A stretch of 58,645 nucleotides of DNA, filler included, from Perkinsus olseni (GCA_013115125.1; 6 parts of 6 records of this genome joined end to end with filler, not necessarily neighbours in it); one strand, 5' to 3'; counted from the whole stretch's first letter, positions 25,757-42,160 are shown. The notes: generated from the sequence alone by a model not told the origin. Translations and numbers: made by a program.

Positions 25757-27969
25757 TCAGCACAGCGTGGACTTGCCAAACTGTTCGAAGAACTCATCCT
25801 TGACTTCGCCTCGCACCGCCACCAACGGCGGCTCTACCTTCCTCCTAGCCGCCGCTCGGGCGTTCCCATCCTGAAAGCAGCAACAGCATCGACCCTGACG
25901 CCACGACCACGGCTACTACGGCAACTCCCTTCAAAGCGACAGTCTTGTCACGATGCCGCCGAGCCATGTCCCTGACCGCCGCCCGACGCTCCTCCTCCCG
26001 AGCCGAGGCCTCAGCGGCCTCCACTGCCCCCTCTGCTGCAGACTGCTTTCTGGCAGCCTCCGCCTGATGGGCGCCAGCATGGGCTGGTCACACTGAGAGC
26101 GCCGCTCACTTGTCGATCTCGGAAGTCCTTCACCCTTCCCTCCGCGTCCGGCGGCGCCCCACGATAGCCGTCCTTCCTGTACCGCCGCCCTGTCGAGGAT
26201 GAAGATTCGAGTCAGCCCTTCTCGGCAAATCTTGCTCGCCCGAAAGATATGCTCACCTCCGTCCAACTTTTCCGTAGGCGGTTCATTGATGAACCTCCGA
26301 CCATCCGCCATGTACTCGAGCATCGCCTTGCCAGCAGCCTCTTCTGCGTCACGCGCCGCGAAATGTCGTAGAGCAGCCGCTTCTGCCAGCTTGCGATTGG
26401 CCTCCAGAGTCCTACGCAGACATAAATGTCGTGCGCCACGAAATTGCAGCTCCTCACTCTCTGGCCAACCGCCTGGCCCTAGCGGCTATCTCCTCCTTCG
26501 GTCCGGCCAGGCCCCCATACGGAGCCGCGGGCGACGACTGAAGCCCCACCGTGACGACGAGGGCAGGGAGGACGAAGCCACCTACTTCAACCTCTGCCAT
26601 TCTCTCCTTTCGGAGCATCTTCTCGAACATCTGCTGTTCCAGTGCGTCCCTTTGCTGTTTCTGTTGCTCTCGTTGCCGCACCACCTTGCCCTCATCCTCC
26701 CCATCCAGTACTTGCACTGACGACGGACCGTACCTGGAAGACAGCATGTTGAGGGAGACCAGCCCTCGGTGGTGGCCGGTGATGCTGCACACTGCCGACT
26801 ATCTCCCCCAAATTCCCCCGATTCTGACGCCATTCCACCTTTCATGCTCAAATACTTCAACCTACGACGATCGAACCGCGTACGATGTTCTTCAGGTCCA
26901 AAAGGACGACAGGAATCTCAACGAATCTCAGTAGTAAGCCCCAGCCCTGAGCCTTTCTCTCTTGAGCTGAGCGACATTGTCAGGTTCACTGCGAAAGCGA
27001 CCTTCCAGGCGTATAGAAACTCATGACAATCTAATAAGCGCNNNNNNNNNNNNNNNNNNNNNNNNNNNNNNNNNNNNNNNNNNNNNNNNNNNNNNNNNNN
27101 NNNNNNNNNNNNNNNNNNNNNNNNNNNNNNNNNNNNNNGCTGAGCGACATTGTCAGGTTCACTGCGAAAGCGACCTTCCAGGCGTATAGAAACTCATGAC
27201 AATCTAATAAGCGCATATCCGAGCTTCCCGCGCGCCACGAAATTCAGAGCCTTCCTCAATATGGCCTCCCTCTTACTCGACTACTGAGGTGTCCTCCCCT
27301 CCCGCCTCCCTTTCCAGCCGCTCACTAACCTGCTTGGCGAGGGCAGCCCTCAACTCAGCCTGCGTCGCGCGCCGCGAATTGTGACGCTGGAAAGAAGCAC
27401 GCTTCCGACCAAACACCCAGGAAACAATGTGCAACCACCAAGACGGGCCATTCCTAAGTTTCGACAGCTGCTACGACAAATTCTGACTCTGTCCTCTTGC
27501 ACCCCAAGAACGAGAGGCTAAGAGCCACCTCCGTGGTTCACGCCAAAACTGTCGTTCTCTCCGTCGGGCTGCAGCAGGCACACCTCCATCTCCCTTTCAG
27601 CCAGCTCCTCATGAGCCTCCATAACCCCCCTTTCGACTGCCCTCTCCTTCTCACGATCAGCATAGAGGCGCGCCAGCTTCTCCAGGACCTTCGAGAATGG
27701 CCATCCACAGCCGAAGACAAACACCAACTCACTTGCGCGTCCAAGGCCTGCTTGTCTACGCCGATCGTGCGGATCTTGGCGTCGAAGAAACGAGGTCGCC
27801 TGAGGTTGACTCTCGCCACATCCAAAACCAAAGATTCCCTGTCATACCGGGAGGCTTCCCCTTCCCTCATCTGTGCCACCCTAGCTGCTATCCTCTGATC
27901 GATCCCCACCACCTCCGGCCGGGCAGTTGTACGCGGTAACTTCTCCGGCAGGCGACGAGAGTCCGTCAT
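25757..27969 (-). CDS. RIB43A: RIB43A-like axonemal ribbon protein (RIBC family), multi-exon, spans a scaffold gap
   Basis: RRPRFFDAKIRTIGVDKQALDAQV, YGPSSVQVLDGED followed by coiled coil, and C-terminal DEFFEQFGKS all fit RIB43A motifs. Confidence 0.75.
26966..27214. other. Scaffold gap with duplicated ~76-bp flanks (assembly overlap artefact)
   Basis: 26966-27041 is repeated exactly at 27139-27214 on either side of the N run. Confidence 0.85.
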
Positions 27970-28083
27970 GAGCTTTAGACCAAACGAGCTGAACCCGATT
28001 CGTTTATCGGCCAAACTGAAGCCTTCGTAAGCCCAGACGAGGATACTCCATGGCAATTGGACGACTACGAGGAGAGCTGCCCC

Positions 28084-28302
28084 ACAGCAGCAACGGGTCG
28101 AGTAGAGCGAACAGCAGCAACGGGTCGAGTAGAGCGAACAGCAGCAACGGGTCGAGTAGAGCGAACAGCAGCAACGGGTCGAGTAGCNNNNNNNNNNNNN
28201 NNNNNNNNNNNNNNNNNNNNNNNNNNNNNNNNNNNNNNNNNNNNNNNNNNNNNNNNNNNNNNNNNNNNNNNNNNNNNNNNGAGTAGAGCGAACAGCAGCA
28301 AC
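28084..28302 (+). repeat. 27-bp minisatellite (ACAGCAGCAACGGGTCGAGTAGAGCGA)n, interrupted by an N gap
   Basis: About 4 copies before the gap and a partial copy after it. Confidence 0.9.
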
Positions 28303-28671
28303 ACAACACAGCCTGATTTGCCTTCCAAGTGTGATATCCGTATATCCAGTGCTGATGACGCCGTAGCGAAGACGGATGATGATAGATGAAAAAAAGATGA
28401 TACCAATGAAAAAACTTAGACCAGAGACGAGTTTTCCAGCACGGAGTACTGTCTCCGGTGATAGTACTACTACTGCCACAGTTGTCGCATTTCGTGGCGC
28501 GCGGTCAGACAGCCGGCATCATCATCAGCAGCAGCCCTACCCGAGCACGATACGTGGAAGATGATGCGCCTGCTGAGCCCTCCTCTACAAAAGACTTATG
28601 CGCCGCGATAATGGGAATAGGAGTTAGGAAAGGTGTGGTATGGCGATGATGAAAATGTCGAGCCAGAGCTG

Positions 28672-29205
28672 CTACTCGAAGCATGAGATGTTGGGCGGCT
28701 TCTTTATGTCATCTTTTGACTCCAAGAGCTCCTTGGCGTCCATGTGGCCCAAAGCCGCAGCCTTCGAACTGACACAAGCGTATCTTAGGTCGATCATGGC
28801 ACAAGACGAAAAACTTACAAATATTCATAAGCCTTGCCCTCGTCCTTCTCACAGCCATACCCAGTATGCAGCATCTGCCCCGACACCATCGAGTACTGAG
28901 AAGACAAACCGATTCCCTTCGGCCGCATCAGAGACCCTCTACCATGGCACGATCAGCATCACTAGAGCCGGGGCTGTTGGCGTAGTGCTGTGCCTGGATA
29001 GCCCACTTCCGCTCGACAAATCTCACCACGCTGGCCAGTGGCGTTCCTGACGACTCAAAATCAGTTGGGTTTTCCGCATCAACCTTCTGCGGAATGAGAG
29101 CTCACCTTTCCGCTTCGCTCCGCTAAGCAACTCTTTTCCGACACCGGCCGTCTTCCGGTCCCCGGTGACGGCTGTCCGCGACAGATGCCGCGTCAATGAT
29201 AACAT
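28672..29205 (-). CDS. Small Sel1-like-repeat protein, multi-exon
   Basis: Spliced ...SDADRAM|YSMVSGQMLHTGYGCEKDEGKAYEYF|SKAAALGHMDAKELL fits the Sel1 consensus. Start approximate. Confidence 0.6.
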
Positions 29206-29400
29206 GATTGGGGGGTTGACTAACACTGACTAGTAAGCCGCAAACGACTAGCAAGTACGCAAATCATCGATGCTGATAGAGCGGTCAAGCAGCTACAGTT
29301 CTGCCACTAGAAGGCGGTCTCAGTGGAATCATCCTGAACTTAGAGGGAAACAACAGAGAACATAATGGTACTCGCCGCAGACTAAGGCGAAAAGAGCCCA

Positions 29401-29500
29401 NNNNNNNNNNNNNNNNNNNNNNNNNNNNNNNNNNNNNNNNNNNNTTAATTAATTAANNNNNNNNNNNNNNNNNNNNNNNNNNNNNNNNNNNNNNNNNNNN
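29401..29500. other. Artificial scaffold linker
   Basis: N-TTAATTAATTAA-N. Confidence 0.97.
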
Positions 29501-30434
29501 ATTGTCATTCTTGGATTCAACAATGTCATTCTTGTCTGCTCACGTGTCAAACTTGCACGGGAAATGGTGTAGAACGCTGACTCTCCTCTCAGAGACGCCG
29601 AGACGAGGACGGTCCAACAGTTTGGGAGAGAAATGAAGAGGCATATCGAAGTTGAGGGTGAGAAAAACTCCCAGCGTCCTCAGAAGCCACTCGTTGGCAG
29701 GAGTCCCCAAAATCCCTTGTCATTACACGCTTGAGCAAACCGCTGTGTTGGTGCATGAGAATGTATTGCTCTAGGCTGCGCAGACCGGGCCTATCACCAA
29801 TTGATGGTGTGAAATCTATAAGAGTCTCAAACGTGATGAAGTTGAGTTGGTTTAATATCAACTAAAGTTGCCGCGGTTGGACGAGGATGGCGCATCCGGG
29901 ATGTTCAGTCTGTAGACCAGTCTTCGGCTGCTGTGAGGTTTCTTACTGCATCAACTGCTTTCGCCTAGCGGGCCGAGGTTGGAGAAAAAGCGCGAGCAGC
30001 AGGTACTCCCTTCTAGTCTGGTACCAGCCGTTCTGTTCCTTCCCGGTCAATGAGATTTATTACCCCCCCCCCCCCAGCTCGCAATAGAAGCCTACTAGAC
30101 ACTGACGTTTGACTTTAGGTCTCAATTTTGTACCACCCCGGTTCAACTCCCATGTGTGTGCATGCCGTCGGTTCAACTACAAACGTCATCTTGGTTCCGA
30201 TCGATGCGGTCGGTCATCTAAGCAGGTGTTGGTGGTGGAGGGCACCTGCACGTTAAGGGATGAAATTTCTCGCCCCTCAGAAAATTTTCACTGAAATTTG
30301 AGCCTTTGAAGACGGCGTATAGAAATTTGATACAATTCGAGATACTGTCTTGATGAGACGTGCTTAGCCCCGTTGCCTAGCGTGAGCTGGGTTATCGTTA
30401 GTTAACCTTCATGAATGCTGTAAAGGCGCAGCAA

Positions 30435-32490
30435 ATGGCGCCCACCGCGGCGGCGAGAATTCAAGAGTCGAAGCATATCCCGAGGCATGCTATGGTATGG
30501 TCTAAAAGATTGACTGAGATAGTAGAGTGCTTGGAGAAGGAGTAAGTCGGAATACTAGACTACTGCGTTGTGGACTACTGCGCTCATGGATTGGTGCGCG
30601 GCGGGAGTGGACTGAAGAGCTACCAGTGCAGGCTTCTGAGTGCCTGAAGTTTAGGTCGCTGTCCTCAGGCGAACCCCGGAATGGCAGATCGGCTTAGTTA
30701 TACAGGATGTGTTCAAGAAAGGCGCGAGCTCGCCGTCCGCCATCAACCGCGTGCCTCAAGCGGTGCGAAATGTCCTGAGCGCTCGATTCGGAGAAAGTCT
30801 GTCGCCGCTGCGAGTCCTCGAGCAGTAGGTTGGAGGCTGGTAGGGGTGGCATATGAAACTTGAGAGCAAGACTCTTCCGGCCCGGAAATTCCGGGCACAC
30901 TCTATGCTCCGACATGCTTTTTCCTAGGGGCTCTGCGGACTTTGCTCACAAGTTCCTTCTCGAGAGCCGACAGGATGGAGGGAAGATAGAAGCTGTTGGA
31001 TTGGACTTCCGCTCACATACGAGCCTGTGCGTATCAAGCCAGATAGGTGGGCGCTCGATCGTGTTTGCTCCCGTCGTCTGAGCGAACCATAACGGAGGGA
31101 CAGACTCGCGACTCGAGGGAGCGAATGGTTCTATGATGGTTGGGCACAATTGTCGAACAAACACATCGGGAAATTGGTAATCATTAGATGGTAGGTAGTA
31201 CAAGTTTATCGAGTAGATTGATGATTGTCGTATGGATTGTCGTCTCTCTTGTGCATTTCTCACACGAAGGAGCAGTCCAGGCCTTGACAGGTTGTGCCTT
31301 CAACTGCAGCTTCTGTGCAACCGGAAAGTTAGGGTTGAAGAGGCAACTCAGTGTCGATGAAATAGTCGGACAAGTCCTCACGTTCCGAGCCACTGGTGAG
31401 GGGATCATGGTCGTATTTGTCGTGCGATCCCCCATCTCAGGAGCCGCCGTCTGAATATTCCCCAACGCTGTATCTCTCAGGTAACGTTGTTGACTCAGTG
31501 TCGTTCATGGGCATGGGAGAGCCCCTGGCCAACCCTAAGATATTTAACGCTATATCAGTCTTGACTGATCCTCAGCTTGTTGGCCTGTCCGCCAGACGGA
31601 TGAGCATATCCACGATCGGGATCATACCGGGCTTGGTGAAGCTCACTGAACTGCACCCACAGGTGCGGAGATTACCGGCTACCAACAAGTTCCGCCGCAG
31701 AGCCTGGCTGTCTCTCAGGCTAATGTGGCATACTCCTTGCACAGTCCATTCCCAGAGGAGCGTGAGAAGATCATGCCTATCCAGAAGGTCTATCCCTTCG
31801 CCAAAGTACGCTGTTGGGGTGTTGCTCCTTCTTTCAAGCGCTCAGTGACGATAAGGTCCAGAATTTGAAAAGTGGCTGGCCATGGTAGTAGGATAATGCC
31901 GTGATCCAGGTATTTGACGTCTTGGATGATCGAATCAAAAGGACTGGTCGGAGGATATGGATCTCTTATTTGCTCCTCAAGGGTATCAACGATACTGAGA
32001 GGTAAACGCCCCACACTCACCTCCCCCGTATGAGCAGCCTCAGACATGCCCGAGCGCTCGCCCAGTTAATAAAGGACCGACCGAAGCAGACTAGCTACCT
32101 TTACCATGTCAACTTATTGCCGTAAGTCGACGGGCCTTCTTTCTAACCGATTTCGGCGCTACAAGATTCCGAGTCGGGAGCGCGTAGCACGGACGAGTGC
32201 TGAGGTGTGTTCGGTAGATACAACGAAGCGCGAGATGTGTCAACAGCATTCAAGCGTTGTGAGGACTGGAACCAATTCCAAGCCATCCTCAACAACGAAG
32301 GCATCACCACATCCTTTAGGAATTCATTTGGCCGGTCTATCGATGCGGCATGTGGACAGCTGTAAGGACTCAGAAGTGGGGTTCGTGTTACTTGGGCTTC
32401 TCACGTGTTCTACTTGAGGACTGTTTACATGGGCCCTTCAGATATGCGACCTATGAGGCTAAGAACGCTCTGAAGAGCAAGCCAGTCTAG
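30435..32490 (+). CDS. Radical SAM rRNA methyltransferase, RlmN/Cfr family (Cfr-like sequence), multi-exon; start uncertain
   Basis: [19 protein letters not shown] (CxxxCxxC), [48 protein letters not shown]. Stop 32488-32490. Confidence 0.9.
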
Positions 32491-32770
32491 CATGGTATGT
32501 GTTTCTGAACGTTTCTGCACTTTCGGTGTGTTTGTCGACCAAAATGCTAGGAACAGGGGCGCTTCGCTCCGCCTTTTTCCTCGCGCACGCCAAGGGTAAG
32601 AAATTGTGTTCGCTGTCGGGTCCCGGCTGGTATTGTGTCGGCATTCTTCTTAGCCTCGCGCTTCTTTTCGCTCAAGCATCGTGTATCTTGCATTTCATCC
32701 GACCCGTCATGATTGATGGAGCTGGTCTCTCGTTGATCCAGACCGTCAGGCATTTTTGTTTGTTCAAAAC

Positions 32771-33735
32771 ATGTTCAGTGCGTTATCGGCGGCTCGTATG
32801 GCCAGCCCTATGGTTCGTTTGGCCTCTCCCGCTATGGCGAGGTTCGCGGCCCCATTGGCTTGCAGATCATTCGGTACTCTGATTGGCAAACAGGCTCCTG
32901 CTTTTGCAGCCAAGGCGTGCATGCCTGATAACACCTTCAAGATGATTGACCCCTCGGACTACAAGGGGAAGTAGGAAAGGCCTGGGCTGAAGAGTAACGG
33001 CTGCCTCATGATAGTCACTCTCAAGGTACCTCGTGCTGTACTTTTATCCCGGGGATTTCACGTTCGTCTGTGCAACGGAGACTATAGAGTTCCATAACAA
33101 GTTAGAGGAGTTCAAGAAAAGAGGGGCCGAGGTGAGTGGGCGTTCTGCCATTACGGCATGTTTTTGCGATGATGCAGTTACAGATCTCCGTCAGGTGCTG
33201 GGATGCTCCGTGGATTCTGCTGATGTTCACAAGGCTTGGAAGAATACTGCCAAAACGGCAGGCGGCCTAGGCACTCAGATCAATCACCCTATGATCAGCG
33301 ACAACAAGCACGAAATTTCCAAGGCCTATCAGGTAGTCATCCACTAGTGTGTTGACGGATTGGCAACAGTGGATTGGGAGTAGGTTCTGTTGGATGATGC
33401 TGGTGTTGCCTGTCGGGGCGTCTTCATCATCGACAAGGAGGGTATGGTTCGATCAGAGCTCAAGAACGACCTCCCACTTGGCAGAAATGTGGATGAGGTT
33501 CTCAGGGTGAGTACTGGGGTGTCACATTTTGCTTTGAACGCGAATCTGGTGTGAATGTAAATTGAAGAATTGATTGGGCCGTTCTGTAGTGCTGCTTTTT
33601 ATTCAGATCCTTGATGCGTTAGAGTTCACCGATTCCCACGGCGATCAAGTGTGCCCTGTGGCTTGGCATCGCGGCCAAGAGGCCATGAAGGCCAGTACTG
33701 AAGGTGTAGCTGAATACCTCACCAAGCATACCTAA
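32771..33735 (+). CDS. Typical 2-Cys peroxiredoxin (AhpC/Prx1 class), likely mitochondrial, multi-exon
   Basis: [50 protein letters not shown]. Arg/Ala/Ser-rich presequence. Confidence 0.92.
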
Positions 33736-34496
33736 ACTGCTGCTGCTACTGATATCATTATTAGTTTTTCATAATAAGAATGAGCTGGGTTGGGTCTCAC
33801 CTTGACGGTGGTACAGGCTCACCTGGTCTCAGCCATATGACATGTGCTTGCGTTACAAGTGAAAGGACGCAGATGAGGCTCTCATGTGCCGAAAGGGGAT
33901 TATTGTTGAAAGGGGGTATCCTGAGAGGTTTTGAAGAGTCCTGAGCTGGGAACGGTCTCACCTTTATGGTGGTCAAGGCTGTCCCAGACTCGGTAGTTGC
34001 CATGGACAGTGTCGAGTTGTCAGTAGGGTCGACGTGGGGGAGCTGCGCCTAGCCTAGGAAGTTGTGTTCGTGCGGGTTCTACGGCGAGAGATTCGGGTAG
34101 CTGATACCGTACACGATGCGAGGCGATAATGTACGAAACTAAGGTCGGAGTAGCATGGCACAAAACAACCTATTTCGCTACGTAGAGCTCACGCAGACTC
34201 TACCCGCTCGACGAAGGAAGAGAATTCTAGTTCGGCGCAATAACGCCATGCAGTGATGAGAATGCACCACACCGTCGACGCCAACCGCTTATTGAGGCCT
34301 TCGCGGATGAGGGGTTTTGGTGTTATGGTCGTGCATATCTGTAAAGCTCGTACATCATCGTCGTATCGGTTTCCGTGTTGAAGGTGACGTTTTCGTGCAA
34401 CACTGCGAATTTGACCTAAATGCAAGAAATAGCTAAATTGCACCGTGATCGATTACGCCGTTGCCGTCCACGAAATTCTCCACCATCTCCGCCACC

Positions 34497-34952
34497 ATGG
34501 GTCGAATGTATGGAAGAGGTAAGGGCATCTCGTCCAGTGCCCTGCCCTATCGCCGTAGGACTCCCGGTTGGGTCAAGATGACCCCTGAGGATTGCGCTGA
34601 GAACATCTGCAAGCTCGCCAAGAAGGGTCTCACCCCCTCCCAGATCGGTGTCACCCTTCGTGATTCCTTCGGAGTCCCCCAGGTCCGCTTCCTCACCGGT
34701 AACAAGATCTTGCGTATCCTCAAGCTCAGAGGTTTGGCCCCTGAGTTGCCCGAGGATCTCTACCATCTTATGAAGAAGGCCGTGTCCATCCGCAAGCACA
34801 TGGAGCGCAACCGCAAGGACAAGGATGCCAAGTTCCGCCTTATTCTGGTTGAGTCCAGGATCTACAGATTGGCCCGTTACTACCGTCGTGAGAAGCGCCT
34901 TCCTGCCTCCTGGAAGTACAGTCCCCTCCAGGCCGCTGCCGCTGTTTCTTAA
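34497..34952 (+). CDS. RPS13: 40S ribosomal protein S13 (uS15), intronless
   Basis: [18 protein letters not shown]...[16 protein letters not shown]...[21 protein letters not shown]. Confidence 0.98.
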   Translation: MGRMYGRGKGISSSALPYRRRTPGWVKMTPEDCAENICKLAKKGLTPSQIGVTLRDSFGVPQVRFLTGNKILRILKLRGLAPELPEDLYHLMKKAVSIRKHMERNRKDKDAKFRLILVESRIYRLARYYRREKRLPASWKYSPLQAAAAVS

Positions 34953-35288
34953 GCTGCTGCTGTTGGTAATGATGGAAAGACAGTGCTTGAAGTATTGGGA
35001 GTACTTGCTGCTACTACTACCATTGCACTCGAGATTCCGGTGATCTGGAGATTAATGTGGATGATCTTCATTGTTGTGTTGATACTAATAGGGTAGTTCT
35101 CGTTGTCGCTTGGGGGCTGACTTGAATGTGGTCATATCAAGTGGGAGACGATAATATGGGTAGCAGCGGAACGGAACGAAACTGGCTGCGCGCATCAGAT
35201 CGCTCCATCGCTATCCACCACTTACTCCACCGTAGCGCTAGGCGTGGCGACAGCACACTGCGAGAAGGTTGTCTCAGTGTTTTTCGTT

Positions 35289-38251
<2,963 letters not shown>

Positions 38252-39174
38252 GGCAGCGCTGACAGCAGCAGCGGCAGCAGCAGTTGAAGCTTTCTGTGTG
38301 TAACACTGTACGGACCATTTGTATCACTTCCTCCCCTCGAGGATCTGCTTGAATTTGTTACGATCTATTCCGTGGCGAGTTCTGGACTGGCGATCGATAG
38401 ACCCGTCGCGCGAATTTTCCAGTTTTTCTTGATTTCCCATCTCCTCCCTCATGTTCCGTCTCCTCACGACTCTCGCCTTCTTGCTCTCAAGCTGTTTGGC
38501 CGCCCAGGAATGGGAGGACACCCCTACCACGACTCAGTGAGGGTGCCTGAAGCTGGCAGGATCTCGGCAGTATTGCTTCCCTTGTCAGGATTTGGCAACT
38601 CATCTCGATGGGCGAAGGAGGCTCGGATTCATTTAGAGAGTTTGTAGGACCCTGAGGCCTCATCCCACAGCCATGCGAGCTTTTCCTTCGTAGGCTGTCG
38701 TTCGTCCTGATTTGATGGAAGAGCGATCGAGCGACGGACGTGGGGCCCTATTCTGGGCTTGGGAATTCGGCAATACCAGAGTAGTGGGGTACCAGGACGG
38801 TGTGTCGTCGTCTTTGCCTCTACCTATCAATCGTGCCATCGTCATAATTAGCCTCTTTTTGTCCCCAACTGTATGAGAAGCACCCCAGAGCTGCCACAGC
38901 TGAGGCGACAATCGCGGCAGTTTTTGGCACTGCAGTGGTCGTGTAGCTACTGTGCTCTGAATAGCCGCATAATATCCTAGCGCGGTAGCGATCCTGGCGG
39001 TTAGGCGCTTCTCACTCTGGCTGCTCTCGATAATGATGTGTTTGATGATAAGGAAAGGGATGCTCAGGGTAGCAGCCCAACTAGCCTATGCAAGGATGGT
39101 AATAGTGTGTGGCTGGAGGACGCTTGGACTACCACACCGGCGGCTGTTCGTGTCAGATGCAGACTGCGACTATG

Positions 39175-39274
39175 NNNNNNNNNNNNNNNNNNNNNNNNNN
39201 NNNNNNNNNNNNNNNNNNTTAATTAATTAANNNNNNNNNNNNNNNNNNNNNNNNNNNNNNNNNNNNNNNNNNNN
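39175..39274. other. Artificial scaffold linker
   Basis: N-TTAATTAATTAA-N. Confidence 0.97.
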
Positions 39275-41190
39275 GCTCGCCGAGCAATGCTCGGGTTTCA
39301 GGTTTGGTGTTTTCCTTCCCGCACTCCCGTATTCTTTGGGATTTTACACCGAATGAATCCGATGAAGATGATTCAAGACATGCAATACGTGCGTTCTGCA
39401 CTGGAGGCTCCGAAATACCAGAAAAGTGGCAAAAACTGCGCAAAATTGGCGATTTTTGAAAGAATTCCCATAAATTTGCATTCTTTCCGGGAGTATTCCT
39501 TCCTGGAAAGTTTCCTTGGGAAAGTTACGGAAGGGAAGAATGATTCTTTCCACTTCAACCACCCTGCTTCGAGCCAAAACGGACTTCATGTGGAATAATC
39601 CCAAGTATGTTTATTATGACAACACTCTAACATCAGACCCGTCAACTAGCGCGGTTTCGCATCGTCCCTGGGACAGCGTCTCATGAGATATCCAGGGGCC
39701 ACGGATATGATCTTATGCTCTTATCGCAGATGCCGCCCTTGGGGCGGCGCTCTACCTAATGGCACTGTGTGGCCCGCACAGTGCAGACGCGCGCACGCCA
39801 CATGCACCAAACCTGCGGTCTGCAGGATACATTCACTGTAACGGTGAGGAGGTCAGACCCCTGTTTAAACACTGATGCTATTGTCCGACAGACAATGTCA
39901 CTCACACACTGACATTTGACATTTGTTACTAACATTTGGTCACTGAGAAACTCGAAGCTCATTTCTGTCTACCCCGATAGCAGTCATTAGTAATTACGAC
40001 TCACCTGCATAGTATCTGCACCCACAGGCCTTCATCGCATTCAGCTTCTGAGTGGAGGCTTCTGCTTTTCATGCCTACAGTCTTCGTGCAGATGATGGAC
40101 GAGAAAAGGGAGATTGTTTATCTTCGTACCTTGAAATTTCCATATTCTAGTAGTGCACCTCTGGATAATCATTCTTTCACTAAGTTGTGGGTATGACTAC
40201 CTACCCTAAGAGACTCGAGACTTCTGATAATAGAACTGCGTGACGCTTCCCCATAGTCCAGCGACATTATGCCGATTCCGGCATATTGATTGACGAGAAA
40301 ATCCCAGCCCGACCGCGTCATTAGGGGATGCCTTCTCCGAAAAGATCTCGTGTCACGAATAGATCAACGGTTGATCATCAACCGGGAAGGAGACGCTCCT
40401 GCCACGCGATCTCCCTCCCCTCGAGCAGGGACGGGTGGGACAAAAACATATGCAGGACACCCGGCACCACAGTGCCTGACACCGACCCCTTGCGATTAAC
40501 GTCTCGGTGACGTGCGCTGCTTCGTACGCACACGCGCGGCTGTCTCCTCCAGCGAACTTCCTTGGATTTTCCCACCAAAAATATACTGATCCGTATTCCC
40601 GAGCACCTTACACTTATTCCGTAAACGGTGTTCAACATGGCCGATCTCTTGGGCACGTTTCGTACAGCTAGGTCGCGGAAGTTTGACACGGCTCTTTGAG
40701 GCAGGGTGCCGGCCTAATCCTACTAGGAGACTTGAACTAGAAGTTCTAGTACGTCTCCATGTTGTGACTGTTGCACATCATCAGTTGATGATCAACTCAT
40801 GCTCCTCGGTTGTCAGAGGTATGAGGACTCCTCATTGAGGAGCACGCACCACATGCAAACACCGAATTTAGAGATAGATCCCGGCATACACCCATCCCTC
40901 TTCAGTATGAACGCACAAAACGATCGCGCAATTGTCTCTGTTCCTGGCAGGTTCCCGAACCGAGCCGAGGCTGCGCGTTGGCAACATGATCAGGGCCGAA
41001 GTGGCACATGCTCATCGCGGTCAGGCAGTCTGGCACACTTTGAATTCGCCATTCGTGGTCTGATTTCAAGCCGAATTATTCAACTTGAATAGATTATGTA
41101 CCGCACTTTACGCTATAGTTAGGTAAGTTGCTCGTCTTTTTCCAGTTGCTCGACACTCAGGCTTATACGAGCTATCCCGTCCCCAGCCAA

Positions 41191-42160
41191 ATGAAAGCCA
41201 TCTCGGTTTGCGTCTTCGTTGCTGCCCTGTACACCATCCTCTTCATCTCTGGATGCAAGAAATCTAGTGAGCATGCTCGACCGCGGAGAGCGTTGATCCC
41301 CGGTCATGCTTCTCAGGCGGTAACACTACAACCAGAAGCCCAACTACCAGGGGCCCGACAACAACTGCCCGTCCAACGGGCCCGACCACTCCGCATCCTA
41401 CGTCAACGCCCGGTCAGGGAGCTAATTATCCCCGTGATCTCTGGGAGCCTGTCTTTCGTCAGGTGCCCCGACCCCTGACGGTACGTACATATATAATGGT
41501 ACACTCACGGCAGGAATCAATGGGTCGGCTGAGGTGCACAGTATCAAGAGTACAAGGATTATCGATCGCATGTGAAGTTGCTCCTAGACCCTGCGAATAG
41601 GGGGACTTGTATTCTGTGCAGGGTCGCCGCCAGAGCCAACCCTTACGTTATTATCGGCAGAAACAATGGCTCCATACTGTTCCATATGGTGAATACGGCT
41701 GGTAAGGACCAGGTCATCATCGACAATGTCAATGCTTTGCCTGCGATTTTTAAGTCGTTCATCAAACGTAAGTCGTTTGTTCTCAAATGTCGTGGACAAG
41801 CTTTCTCTGTTCAGACACAACCATCCTCTTCTTTCAATCGAACAACAGCATCCTCATATCTGTCCCGCCTGCCAAAATCTCCATTGCCCTGCATCATGTA
41901 CAGTAGCAGCGAGCTGCATGGCCGAGGCGACCTGCTACCAGCACGTCTGTGGATGTGCTCAGCCTTGCCATTTACAGCCTTCTCGGCTGATGGGTTGCTT
42001 TCCCTCTGCTGTTGTCAGAGGAGGCTTCGCTTTAGTTCGCCAAGGCTTGCACCAAAGATTTCGGAGGTGCCAGTTCTTGTATTTCCATCACGGCGCTCGC
42101 ATCAACTGCGCTGATGGCGCATTCTCTTCTCAACCTGTCTGTCGCGTTCGGGTGAAGTGA
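41191..42160 (+). CDS. Putative secreted/surface protein with signal peptide and Pro/Thr-rich linker, multi-exon (3' end uncertain)
   Basis: MKAISVCVFVAALYTILFISGCKKS|GGNTTTRSPTTRGPTTTARPTGPTTPHPTSTPG|..., followed by further short exons. Confidence 0.6.

Noticed and set aside
26966-27214. 76-bp direct repeat around an N gap
   Set aside because: Unmerged contig overlap, not a biological duplication.
28084-28302. Regular 27-bp repeats as a CRISPR array
   Set aside because: Head-to-tail identical units with no spacers, eukaryotic context and no cas genes: a minisatellite.
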